32,000 nt of DNA from Sinorhizobium meliloti (GCF_017876815.1 NZ_JAGIOS010000001.1:2220001-2252000); one strand, 5' to 3'; positions 9,062 to 16,002 are shown, counted from the first letter of the stretch. Numbers and translations: made by a program. The notes: a model not told the origin generated them from the letters alone.

Positions 9062-9826
9062 TCAGGTGATCGTGTAACCGCCGTCGATCATGAGGTTCGC
9101 GCCGTTGACCATCGCGGCCGCGCCGCTGGCGAGGTAGAGTACCGATGCGGCGATCTCCCATGGCTTGGCGAAGCGCCGCGTCGGGATGGCGGCCCTGGCG
9201 CGCTCGCCTTTCTCTCCAGCCCAGCCGGTCAGCCCGAGTTCGGTTTCCACCACTGTCGGCGAGACCGCGTTGACGGTGACCCCGCGCGGACCCCATTCCA
9301 GCGCCATGCAGTTCGTCATGCCGATGATGCCCGCCTTGCTGGCGCAGTAGGCGACATGGCCCTCGATGCCGATGATCGCCGCCTGGGAGGCCATGTTGAC
9401 GATGCGGCCCGACCCCTGCTCCAGCATGCCGGGGGCGATCGCACGCGCCATGAGGAAGGCACCCTTGAGATTGACGGCGAGCGTGCGGTCCCATTCGGCC
9501 GTCGGATAGCTTTCCGCAGGGGCAAGCGGCCCGATGCCGGCATTGTTGATCAGAATGTCGATCCGGCCGAAGGCTTCGGTCACCGACTTGACGGCTCGCT
9601 CGACTCCCTGCTCGTCCGTCACGTCCGCCACATGGGCGATGTGGCCGGTGCCGAGCGAAACGGCCACATCCGAAACGGCGGCGTCGCGGTCAAGAAGCGC
9701 GACGCGCGCCCTCTTCGTGGCGAAAGCTTCGGCAACTGCCCTGCCGATGCCGGTGGCGGCGCCCGTGACCACGACGGTCTTGCCACTGAAATCGAGCAGG
9801 TCGTCGAAGGAGGGGATTTCCGTCAT
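9062..9826 (-). CDS. SDR-family oxidoreductase (classical; polyol/sugar dehydrogenase-like)
   Basis: 254 aa with TGAATGIG, NNAG and YCASK catalytic motifs. Stop lies 30 nt upstream of the cPGI gene. Confidence 0.9.
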   Translation of the reverse strand: MTEIPSFDDLLDFSGKTVVVTGAATGIGRAVAEAFATKRARVALLDRDAAVSDVAVSLGTGHIAHVADVTDEQGVERAVKSVTEAFGRIDILINNAGIGPLAPAESYPTAEWDRTLAVNLKGAFLMARAIAPGMLEQGSGRIVNMASQAAIIGIEGHVAYCASKAGIIGMTNCMALEWGPRGVTVNAVSPTVVETELGLTGWAGEKGERARAAIPTRRFAKPWEIAASVLYLASGAAAMVNGANLMIDGGYTIT

Positions 9827-9827
9827 G

Positions 9828-10556
9828 TCAGAATTCCTGGCCTGTGTGGGTGATCGTCATCTCCTGGAGATTGACGTCCTGCGGCAGCTCGTAGGCAAAG
9901 AGCATGGTCCGCGCGATGTCGTTTGCATCCAGCCCGCCGTCGAGCTGTTTGCGGCCGCTGTCCCAGAAATCGTAGGCGTCCTGGTGGGTGATGGTCTTGT
10001 CGATCTCCGACTTCGCAACACCGGGCGAGATGACCATGACGCGGACGCGATATGACGACATGGTCTGGCGCATGCCTTCGCTGACGGCATGCACGAAATG
10101 CTTGGTGCCGCCATAGACGTCATGGTGCGGATAGACCTTGCGGCCTGCGATGGAGGAGACATTGACAATGGTGCCGCAGCGCCGCTCCTTCATGCCGGGA
10201 GCGACCGCGTGCATGCCGTTGAGAACGCCGAGGCAGTTGATGTCGACGAGATCGCGCCATTGCGCAGGATCCTGCTCGTCGAGCCGGGCGAGACGGGAGA
10301 CGCCGGCATTGTTGATGAGGCAGTCGACCGGGCCGAACCGCGCCTCACCCTGCCGGATCGCGCTTGCGAGCGCATCATAGTCACGGACGTCGGCGGCGAC
10401 CGCGAGCATGTTCGGAAGCGCCATCGCCTCGATCAGTTCGGATCGGCGGGCGATCAGAAGCAGGGGATAACCGGCAGCCGAGAAGACGCGTGCGGTTTCC
10501 TGACCGATGCCGGCGCTTGCGCCGGTGATCATGACGAGCGGCTTTCTGCCGGTCAT
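9828..10556 (-). CDS. SDR-family oxidoreductase (NADP-type, YdfG-like)
   Basis: 242 aa with ITGASAGIG, NNAG and YGGTK motifs. GGGAGG SD. Stop is 1 nt before the next start codon. Confidence 0.9.
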   Translation of the reverse strand: MTGRKPLVMITGASAGIGQETARVFSAAGYPLLLIARRSELIEAMALPNMLAVAADVRDYDALASAIRQGEARFGPVDCLINNAGVSRLARLDEQDPAQWRDLVDINCLGVLNGMHAVAPGMKERRCGTIVNVSSIAGRKVYPHHDVYGGTKHFVHAVSEGMRQTMSSYRVRVMVISPGVAKSEIDKTITHQDAYDFWDSGRKQLDGGLDANDIARTMLFAYELPQDVNLQEMTITHTGQEF

Positions 10557-10573
10557 GGCTTGCCTCCCGTCGG

Positions 10574-11668
10574 TCAGTGGATGCTGCGTGAAAAGGCGTC
10601 GAGCGCCTGGATCGCGTCGCGCACGGCCGGTACGGTAATGGTGACCGGCGTGGCATAGATGATGTTGCCGGGCCGGCAGGCGGCTTCCGCCACGCGGCCG
10701 ATCTTGGCGGGGACGTCATCGACGATGCCGAGGTCCGCCAGTTTGGTCGGCAGTCCGACGCTGCGGCAGAAGCGTATCATCGCCTCGATCTCGGCTCGGT
10801 CGCGGTTCTCCAGCATCAGCAGGCAAAGCGTGCCGAAGGCGACCTTCTCGCCGTGGAAATACCCATGCACCTCCTCCAGCACTGTCAGGCCGTCATGGAT
10901 GCCATGGGCGGCCGAGCAGCCGCAATTCTCGAAACCGAGGCCCGACAGCAGCGTGTTCGCCTCGATGATGTTTTCGACCGCTGGGGTCAGCAGGCCGGCC
11001 TCGACGGCGATCTTCGCCTTGACGGCATCGCGTGTCAGCACATCCTGGCAATGCCGGGCGATCGCCATCCCGGCTTCGGTAGCGGGAAAGCCGCCGGCCA
11101 CATAATTGTCGGTGCGCGACTCGATATTAGAGCGGGCCTCGAACCAGGTCGAAAGCGCATCGCCGATCCCCGCGACGAGGAAGCGTGCCGGCGCGGCTGC
11201 CACCAGCGCGGAATCGACGACGACGGCGTCCGGGTTGCGGGGCAGGCGGAGCGCCTCCTCGTAAACCCCATGTTCGGTGTAGCGCACGGCAATCGCGCTG
11301 CAGGGCGCGTCGGTCGAGGCGATCGTCGGTGCGATGACGATGCGCGCGCCAGTGTCGATTGCGACGATCTTGGCGGTGTCGGCCGTCTTGCCCCCACCCA
11401 CGCCCACGAGAATATCGCTGCCGTGCTCGATTGCGACCTTGCGTACGCGCTCGATCTCCGAGGTGCAGCACTCTCCGCCGAACCGCTCGAAGCGGATATC
11501 GAGCGAGTCGCCGCAGCTTTTGCCGATGCGTTCGCTGAGTGCGTCGAACAGCACGCGGTCGATCAGGACGAGCGCGCGTTTGCCGAGCGGCGCCAGATAG
11601 GCCGCCAGCTTGTCGATCTCGCCCGCACGCTGGATGTATTTGTTCGGACCGCCGAATGCCCGTGCCAT
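10574..11668 (-). CDS. gldA: Glycerol-dehydrogenase-family (GldA-type, metal-dependent) polyol dehydrogenase
   Basis: 364 aa with GVGGGKTADTAK, ASTDAP, and His-rich metal ligands (AAHGIHDGL ... HGEKVAFG). AGGAG SD 7 nt upstream. Confidence 0.88.
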   Translation of the reverse strand: MARAFGGPNKYIQRAGEIDKLAAYLAPLGKRALVLIDRVLFDALSERIGKSCGDSLDIRFERFGGECCTSEIERVRKVAIEHGSDILVGVGGGKTADTAKIVAIDTGARIVIAPTIASTDAPCSAIAVRYTEHGVYEEALRLPRNPDAVVVDSALVAAAPARFLVAGIGDALSTWFEARSNIESRTDNYVAGGFPATEAGMAIARHCQDVLTRDAVKAKIAVEAGLLTPAVENIIEANTLLSGLGFENCGCSAAHGIHDGLTVLEEVHGYFHGEKVAFGTLCLLMLENRDRAEIEAMIRFCRSVGLPTKLADLGIVDDVPAKIGRVAEAACRPGNIIYATPVTITVPAVRDAIQALDAFSRSIH

Positions 11669-11703
11669 TCAAATGCTCCTATCGCTGCATGGTGGTGTGA
11701 AGG

Positions 11704-12474
11704 TCAGTGGATGGTGTAGCCACCGTCGATGGTGAGCACCGAGCCGGTGATATAGCTGGCGGCGTCCGAAGCGAGGAACAGCACCGCCGCCGCCACTTCG
11801 CTGGCCTTGCCCGCGCGGCCCAAAGGCGTCATGCCGAGCCAGATCTTCGACCATTCGGGGTCATCCAGACCACCCTGCGTCATCGCCGTCTCGATATAGC
11901 CGGGGGCGACGGCGTTGATGCGGATGTTGCTCTTGGCGAATTCGCCCGCGAGCGACTTCGTCAACATGTGCACGCCCGCCTTGCTGGCGTTGTAGGCGAC
12001 CTGGTTCTGCGGCAGGTTGCTGATGTAACCCGAGATCGATCCGATGTTGACGATCGAGCCGCGCCCGGCCGCCGACATCGTCTCGATAGCCGCGCGACAG
12101 CACCAGAAAAGGCCGGTCAGATTGGTGTTGATCACCTCGTCCCAGGTTTCCGGCTCGAGTTTCAGGCTGTCGCAATGGCGCGCGATCCCGGCATTGTTCA
12201 CGAGGATGTCGAGCCCGCCCAACTCTGCTGCTGCCTGCCTGACGACCTGCTGCGCAGCGCTCTCGTTGGAAATGTCGGCGGGCAGGTAGATCGCCTCGAT
12301 CCCCTTCTGCCTCAGTTGCCGGACAGCCTTTTCGCCTTCGTCGCGCGAGCGGGCGGAGATGGCCACGCGCGCACCGGCTTCGCCAAGCGCCTCGGCACAG
12401 GCGAAGCCGATGCCGCGACTGCCGCCGGTCACGAAAGCGGCGCGCCCATTCAGTCTGAAAAGCTCAGCGTACAC
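11704..12474 (-). CDS. SDR-family oxidoreductase (polyol/ketose reductase-like, PQxQ subgroup); first gene of the cluster
   Basis: Track ORF 11704..12498. GTG 12474 is preferred as the start. It has a GGGAGGGG SD 5-6 nt upstream, and the resulting N-terminus (M)YAELFRLNGRAAFVTGG aligns residue-for-residue with the paralogue at 14843 (MYLRKFDLSGRVAVVTGA). ATG 12498 remains possible. Motifs: NNAG, YNASKAG. Confidence 0.88.
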   Translation of the reverse strand: MYAELFRLNGRAAFVTGGSRGIGFACAEALGEAGARVAISARSRDEGEKAVRQLRQKGIEAIYLPADISNESAAQQVVRQAAAELGGLDILVNNAGIARHCDSLKLEPETWDEVINTNLTGLFWCCRAAIETMSAAGRGSIVNIGSISGYISNLPQNQVAYNASKAGVHMLTKSLAGEFAKSNIRINAVAPGYIETAMTQGGLDDPEWSKIWLGMTPLGRAGKASEVAAAVLFLASDAASYITGSVLTIDGGYTIH

Positions 12475-12515
12475 TTTTCCCCTCCCTGGCTGGCGCATCC
12501 CGGCGCCTCTAAAAA

Positions 12516-12530
12516 TGTAGTTTAATTACC
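12516..12530. promoter_or_regulatory. Operator box A1, TGTAGTTTAATTACC (HexR/RpiR-type GTA-N7-TAC imperfect palindrome)
   Basis: Preceded by AAAA, as are all four boxes. Lies 41 nt upstream of GTG 12474 and overlaps the candidate -10 of the cluster promoter. Confidence 0.45.
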
Positions 12531-12548
12531 TTGACAATCGAGTGTCAA
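12521..12548 (-). promoter_or_regulatory. Candidate sigma70-type promoter of the 14-gene cluster
   Basis: On the minus strand: TTGACA (12548-12543), a 16-nt spacer, then ATTAAA (12526-12521). The -35 is one arm of the palindrome TTGACA-atcgag-TGTCAA (12531-12548). Confidence 0.3.
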
Positions 12549-12630
12549 TCCGAAAATCTAGGGTTGGGGGATGGAATTACCGGGTAAAGCACGAAATTAC
12601 TACATTTATCGTGATATGGCTTCGGTAAAA

Positions 12631-12645
12631 TGTAGCTTAGCTACA
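12631..12645. promoter_or_regulatory. Operator box B1, TGTAGCTTAGCTACA (perfect 15-bp palindrome)
   Basis: The flank GGTAAAATGTAG is identical to that of box B2. Its centre is 115 bp from the A1 centre. Confidence 0.45.
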
Positions 12646-12715
12646 ATGGGAGGGCTATTGTATGGGCGTCCGGCGTCAATGCCGTTTCCGGCCGGACCGC
12701 TGGAAGGGTGGGACC

Positions 12716-13423
12716 TCAGCGACGGGTTGCGCGGCGTCGTCCCTTGGCCGCCGCCGCCCCTTCAGCGTCGCGCGCCTTTGCCGCAGCCAGATAGTGTTCC
12801 CGCGTCGAGGCGATGTGCCGGCCCATGAGCTCGATTGCGGCATCGTCGTCGCTTCCCGCGACCAGTTCGGCAAGGCGCACATGGTCTTCGAACGAGGAGG
12901 CGTTGAGCGAAGGGGCGAGCGAAAGGCGGTTGCGCAGCGCCTGCACGCGGAAGGCGATCAGTTCGTAGGCCTCCAGAAGATAGGCATTGTCGGCGAGTTC
13001 GAAAAGGACCATGTGGAAGCCGCCGTCGAGAGTGCGGTAGCATTCCGCGTCGTCGGCATCGAGTGCCTCGCGCATCTCCTTGACGATATCGGCCCATTGC
13101 CGGGTGAGCGCCTGGCGGTCGGTGGCAAGCGCCATCCGCATGGCCGCCAGTTCGAGCACCTCCCGCAGCTCGGAAAGCTTCCGGACCTGATTTGCATCCA
13201 TGTCGAAGACGAACGAGCCTCTCTGCGGATGCACTTCGATGAGGCCCTGGCGCTTGAGCACCATCAGCGCCTCGCGCACGGGCGTCTTGGAAACGCCAAG
13301 CTCGCTGGCGAGCGCGATCTCCGAGAGCGGTTCGCCGAGCTGGAACTCGCCGCGCACGATACGGCTGCGGATTTGCTGCGCCGCCTGGTCGGTCAGCGAT
13401 GGGCCGCGGTCAAGTGTGTTCAT
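12716..13423 (-). CDS. GntR-family transcriptional regulator, FadR subfamily (FCD C-terminal domain)
   Basis: 235 aa. Winged HTH (EIALASELGVSKTPVREALMVLKRQGLI) followed by an all-helical FCD-like C-terminal domain. Confidence 0.9.
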   Translation of the reverse strand: MNTLDRGPSLTDQAAQQIRSRIVRGEFQLGEPLSEIALASELGVSKTPVREALMVLKRQGLIEVHPQRGSFVFDMDANQVRKLSELREVLELAAMRMALATDRQALTRQWADIVKEMREALDADDAECYRTLDGGFHMVLFELADNAYLLEAYELIAFRVQALRNRLSLAPSLNASSFEDHVRLAELVAGSDDDAAIELMGRHIASTREHYLAAAKARDAEGAAAAKGRRRATRR

Positions 13424-13471
13424 GAGGTCTCCCTTCCATTCAAAAGCTCGAACGCAGGCACGTCGAACCTG

Positions 13472-13497
13472 TCTGATATTTACACTGAGATATCAGA
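13472..13497. promoter_or_regulatory. Inverted repeat TCTGATAT-N10-ATATCAGA in the GntR / Ldh_2 divergent intergenic region
   Basis: Perfect 8-bp arms at 13472-13479 and 13490-13497, followed by GATAT-like direct repeats. This is the only strong symmetry element in the 121-bp divergent region. Confidence 0.35.
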
Positions 13498-13544
13498 TAT
13501 GATACGTCAATTCTCGTCGCCCGCAATCTCTAGGTAGGCTTGAT

Positions 13545-14615
13545 ATGTCCGTCCAGACACTAGTTGCCCCTGATTTGCTCGAAGCGCGAGTCGAAAACGC
13601 GTTGCGCCAGGCCGGCGCTGCACAGGACTCGGCCGCTGCAGCGGTGCGGGCGATGATGCACGCCTCGCGCATCGGGGTGGACAGTCACGGCGTGCGGCTG
13701 GTGGTTCATTATGACCGCGTGCTGCGGGGCGGCCGGGTCAACGGCACGCCGAGCATGACGGTCCGCCGGACCGCGGCCGCCACGGCCGTCGTGGACGGCG
13801 ACAACGCTCTCGGCCACCACGCGGCCTATGTCGCCATGGGTCAAGCCATCGAACTGGCGCGCGAAAGCGGCATCGGCGCGGTCGGCGTCATTCGTTCCTC
13901 GCATTTCGGCGCAGCTGGCGCCTATGCACGGATCGCCGCCGAGGCGGGTATGATCGGCTTTGCCACCACCAATTCCGATAGGGTGGTTGCGCCGTTTCAG
14001 GGTCGCGAGGCTTTCCACGGCACCAACCCCCTGGCTTTTGCCGCTCCGAGCGGCAGCGCGCGGCCTTGGCTGCTCGACATGGCAACCTCGTCTATCCCGC
14101 TGAACCGGCTGCTTCTTTACAAGTCTCTCGGCGTGTCCTTGCCGGCGGGGGTCGCAGTCGACGAGGAGGGCCAGCCGACCATGGAGCCTTCTGAAGGCAG
14201 GACGCTTCTGCCGCTCGGCGGTGTGGATTTCTCCTTCAAGGGCGCGGCTCTTGCCGGCGTCGCGACGCTGCTGTCGGCCATCCTGCAGGGTATGACCCTT
14301 GATCATGACCTCATGCCCATGGTCGGAACGGACGATTATTCGACCCCGCGCGGAATGGGTCATTTCCTGCTTGCCATCGATCCGGACCGATTTGGCGGAC
14401 GCGACGTCTTCAACCGGGGCATGGCTGCCTATCTGGAAGCCCTGCGGGCCGCGCCCGCGCAGGAGGGGGCCGAAGTGCTGGCGCCGGGCGACCGCGAGTG
14501 GCGTGTCGAAGCCGCACGTGCGCAAACCGGCATTCCGATCGATCCCGATACCGCGGCCTTTCTTGGTCTGCTGCGGGACCCGGCCGAACCGGCCGGAAAC
14601 TCCGAGGAGAATTAG
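13545..14615 (+). CDS. Ldh_2-family oxidoreductase (malate/L-lactate/ureidoglycolate/2,3-diketo-L-gulonate reductase type)
   Basis: 356 aa with family motifs SHGVRL, SSHFGAAG, HGTNPLAFAAP and GHFLLAIDP. Divergent from the GntR gene. Confidence 0.9.
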   Translation: MSVQTLVAPDLLEARVENALRQAGAAQDSAAAAVRAMMHASRIGVDSHGVRLVVHYDRVLRGGRVNGTPSMTVRRTAAATAVVDGDNALGHHAAYVAMGQAIELARESGIGAVGVIRSSHFGAAGAYARIAAEAGMIGFATTNSDRVVAPFQGREAFHGTNPLAFAAPSGSARPWLLDMATSSIPLNRLLLYKSLGVSLPAGVAVDEEGQPTMEPSEGRTLLPLGGVDFSFKGAALAGVATLLSAILQGMTLDHDLMPMVGTDDYSTPRGMGHFLLAIDPDRFGGRDVFNRGMAAYLEALRAAPAQEGAEVLAPGDREWRVEAARAQTGIPIDPDTAAFLGLLRDPAEPAGNSEEN

Positions 14616-14675
14616 TTTCATAGCCAACACGTGCCGGGGCAGGGAGCCTCCGGCCATCAACTGGGGAGGAATAAC

Positions 14676-14798
14676 ATGAAAACGATGCTGAAGCAGGGGT
14701 TGCTGGCCGCAGCGCTGTTGACCTCGATGGCGCCGGTCGCCATGGCGCAGGAATGCGCGGATGCGGAAACGCAAGCCGTCTATATCCAGCACGGTTGA
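14676..14798 (+). CDS. Unannotated 40-aa sORF: signal peptide plus a 16-aa tail (secreted micropeptide or 5' remnant of a periplasmic protein gene)
   Basis: Below the ORF-track size cutoff. GGAGGA SD at 14665-14670, 5 nt before the ATG. Translation is MKTMLKQGLLAAALLTSMAPVAMAQECADAETQAVYIQHG*. Basic n-region, hydrophobic core, and an AxA (AMA|QE) cleavage site. GC3 is about 80%, like genuine genes here. Confidence 0.4.
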   Translation: MKTMLKQGLLAAALLTSMAPVAMAQECADAETQAVYIQHG

Positions 14799-14842
14799 GG
14801 TGGGAATGACGGACCGGCAGTGCCCGGCCAGAAAGGAATGAT

Positions 14843-15616
14843 ATGTACCTGAGGAAATTCGATCTTTCCGGCCGCGTGGCGGTGGTGACGGGAGCCGGGC
14901 AGGGGATCGGCCTTGCCTGCGCCGAAGCGCTTTGCGAAGCGGGCGCGGCGGTCGTGCTGACCGACATCAGCGCGGAGCGCTGCGAAGCCGGCCGGGCCGC
15001 GCTTGCAGCCAAAGGATACGTGGTCGAGACCGACCTGATCGACATCGGCGACAGCGCTTCCGTCAATGCGGTGGCGGACCGGCTGGCGGTCAGCGGCAGG
15101 GCGGCCGACATCCTCGTCGCAAATGCCGGGATCGCCCATGCCGGCGTTCCGGCCGAAGAGCTCTCGGATGCGGACTGGGAGCGGATGATAGGCATCAATC
15201 TCAGCGGCGCTTTCCGGTCGTGCCGGGCCTTCGGCAGGCATATGCTGGCCAAGGGCAGGGGATCGATCGTCACGATCGGTTCCATGTCCGGCACGATCGT
15301 CAACCGGCCGCAACAGCAGGTGCACTACAATGCGGCCAAGGCGGGCGTCCATCACCTGACCCGTTCGCTCGCTGCCGAGTGGGCGGCCCGAGGCGTGCGG
15401 GTGAACTCCGTCGCGCCGACCTATATCGACACGCCGCTTCTGACTTTCGCCAAGGAGGACAAGCCGATGTACGAGCAATGGCTGGACATGACGCCGATGC
15501 ATCGCCTCGGCCAGCCGGACGAGATCGCCTCGGTCGTGCTCTTCCTGGCCTCCGACGCCTCCAGCCTCATGACCGGTTCCATCGTCGCCGCGGATGCCGG
15601 CTATACCTGCTGGTAA
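14843..15616 (+). CDS. SDR-family oxidoreductase (paralogue of 11704..12474)
   Basis: 257 aa with TGAGQGIG, ANAG and YNAAKAG motifs. It shares the IVNRPQQQVHYNAAKAGV region with ISNLPQNQVAYNASKAGV of the other SDR. Confidence 0.9.
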   Translation: MYLRKFDLSGRVAVVTGAGQGIGLACAEALCEAGAAVVLTDISAERCEAGRAALAAKGYVVETDLIDIGDSASVNAVADRLAVSGRAADILVANAGIAHAGVPAEELSDADWERMIGINLSGAFRSCRAFGRHMLAKGRGSIVTIGSMSGTIVNRPQQQVHYNAAKAGVHHLTRSLAAEWAARGVRVNSVAPTYIDTPLLTFAKEDKPMYEQWLDMTPMHRLGQPDEIASVVLFLASDASSLMTGSIVAADAGYTCW

Positions 15617-15749
15617 GAGCAATTCCAGGAAAAGTGCGTAGCGGTTTTCCGTCCGGGATTGCGGCAAAGGGCCAGAGCGATTCCAGGAAAGGTGCGTAGC
15701 GGTTTCCGTCCGGGATTGCGGCCTTTAGGGAGGGCGGGAGCGATCCCGG
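15617..15749 (+). repeat. RIME-like intergenic repeat: two tandem copies plus a partial third
   Basis: Copy 1 (15617-15665) is GAGCAATTCCAGGAAAAGTGCGTAGCGGTTTTCCGTCCGGGATTGCGGC. Copy 2 (15675-15722) is nearly identical, with a 58-bp period. A partial GAGCGATCCCGG lies at 15738-15749. Each copy is internally palindromic (GGAAAA...TTTTCC, CAATTCC...GGGATTG). Confidence 0.7.
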
Positions 15750-15841
15750 TTTCATTTATCATCCTGACATGCTATACGTACAACATGATAAATAGGCGCC
15801 GGCTGGAGTTTCTGGCGGCGCCCCCTTGCTCCTGGGTAAAA

Positions 15842-15856
15842 TGTAGTCACGCTACA
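15842..15856. promoter_or_regulatory. Operator box B2, TGTAGTCACGCTACA (5+5 palindrome)
   Basis: Same GGTAAAATGTAG left flank as B1. Upstream of the sugar ABC operon. Confidence 0.45.
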
Positions 15857-15968
15857 TACCCAGTTCAGATGCCTGCCTGATTCTCTCTGGGATTTTCCAT
15901 CATAGAACGGTTTGCTTGCGCTTTGTTGAAATGAAGCATGGCTTATCGCAAGCAGGACCCGCAAAAAA

Positions 15969-15983
15969 TGTAGTTGAATTACG
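15969..15983. promoter_or_regulatory. Operator box A2, TGTAGTTGAATTACG
   Basis: 13 of 15 nt identical to A1 and shares the AAAA left flank. Its centre is 127 bp from the B2 centre. It overlaps the candidate -35. Confidence 0.45.
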
Positions 15984-16002
15984 AAATGGCATTGTCTAGC
16001 AT
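15974..16002 (+). promoter_or_regulatory. Candidate sigma70-type promoter of the sugar ABC operon
   Basis: TTGAAT (15974-15979), a 17-nt spacer, then TAGCAT (15997-16002), about 77 nt upstream of ATG 16079. The -35 lies inside box A2. Confidence 0.3.

Noticed and set aside
12571-12828. An 85-aa plus-strand ORF beginning in the operator-rich intergenic region. A 70-aa minus-strand ORF at 15752..15964 is similar.
   Set aside because: Both start in AT-rich regulatory DNA and run through the operator boxes or repeats and into antisense coding sequence. They have no SD and an implausible composition.
11704-15616. The two PQxQ-type SDR paralogues (11704..12474 and 14843..15616, roughly 45% identity by eye) flanking the GntR/Ldh_2 unit, considered as a recent duplication or inverted-repeat structure.
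   Set aside because: The divergence is too high for a recent duplication and I saw no nucleotide-level inverted repeat. It was used only to fix the start codon of the first gene.
13560-15667. Long minus-strand ORFs (13560..14792, 14410..15303, 14780..15667) opposite the Ldh_2 and SDR genes.
   Set aside because: They are shadow ORFs: Arg/Pro/Ala-rich, with no domain signatures, and each fully overlaps a plus-strand gene with clear family motifs.
15617-15749. The tandem repeat, considered as a possible CRISPR array.
   Set aside because: There are only two full copies with a 58-bp period and almost no spacer, each copy is internally palindromic, and related copies are dispersed. No cas genes are present. 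It is an intergenic repeat, not CRISPR.
15795-15822. GC-rich hairpin GGCGCCG...CGGCGCC, considered as an intrinsic terminator. It is followed by T-rich sequence only on the minus strand.
   Set aside because: There is no U-tract on the plus strand, where it would serve the SDR gene. On the minus strand I could not support any upstream gene or sRNA promoter. The stem is only 7 bp perfect.
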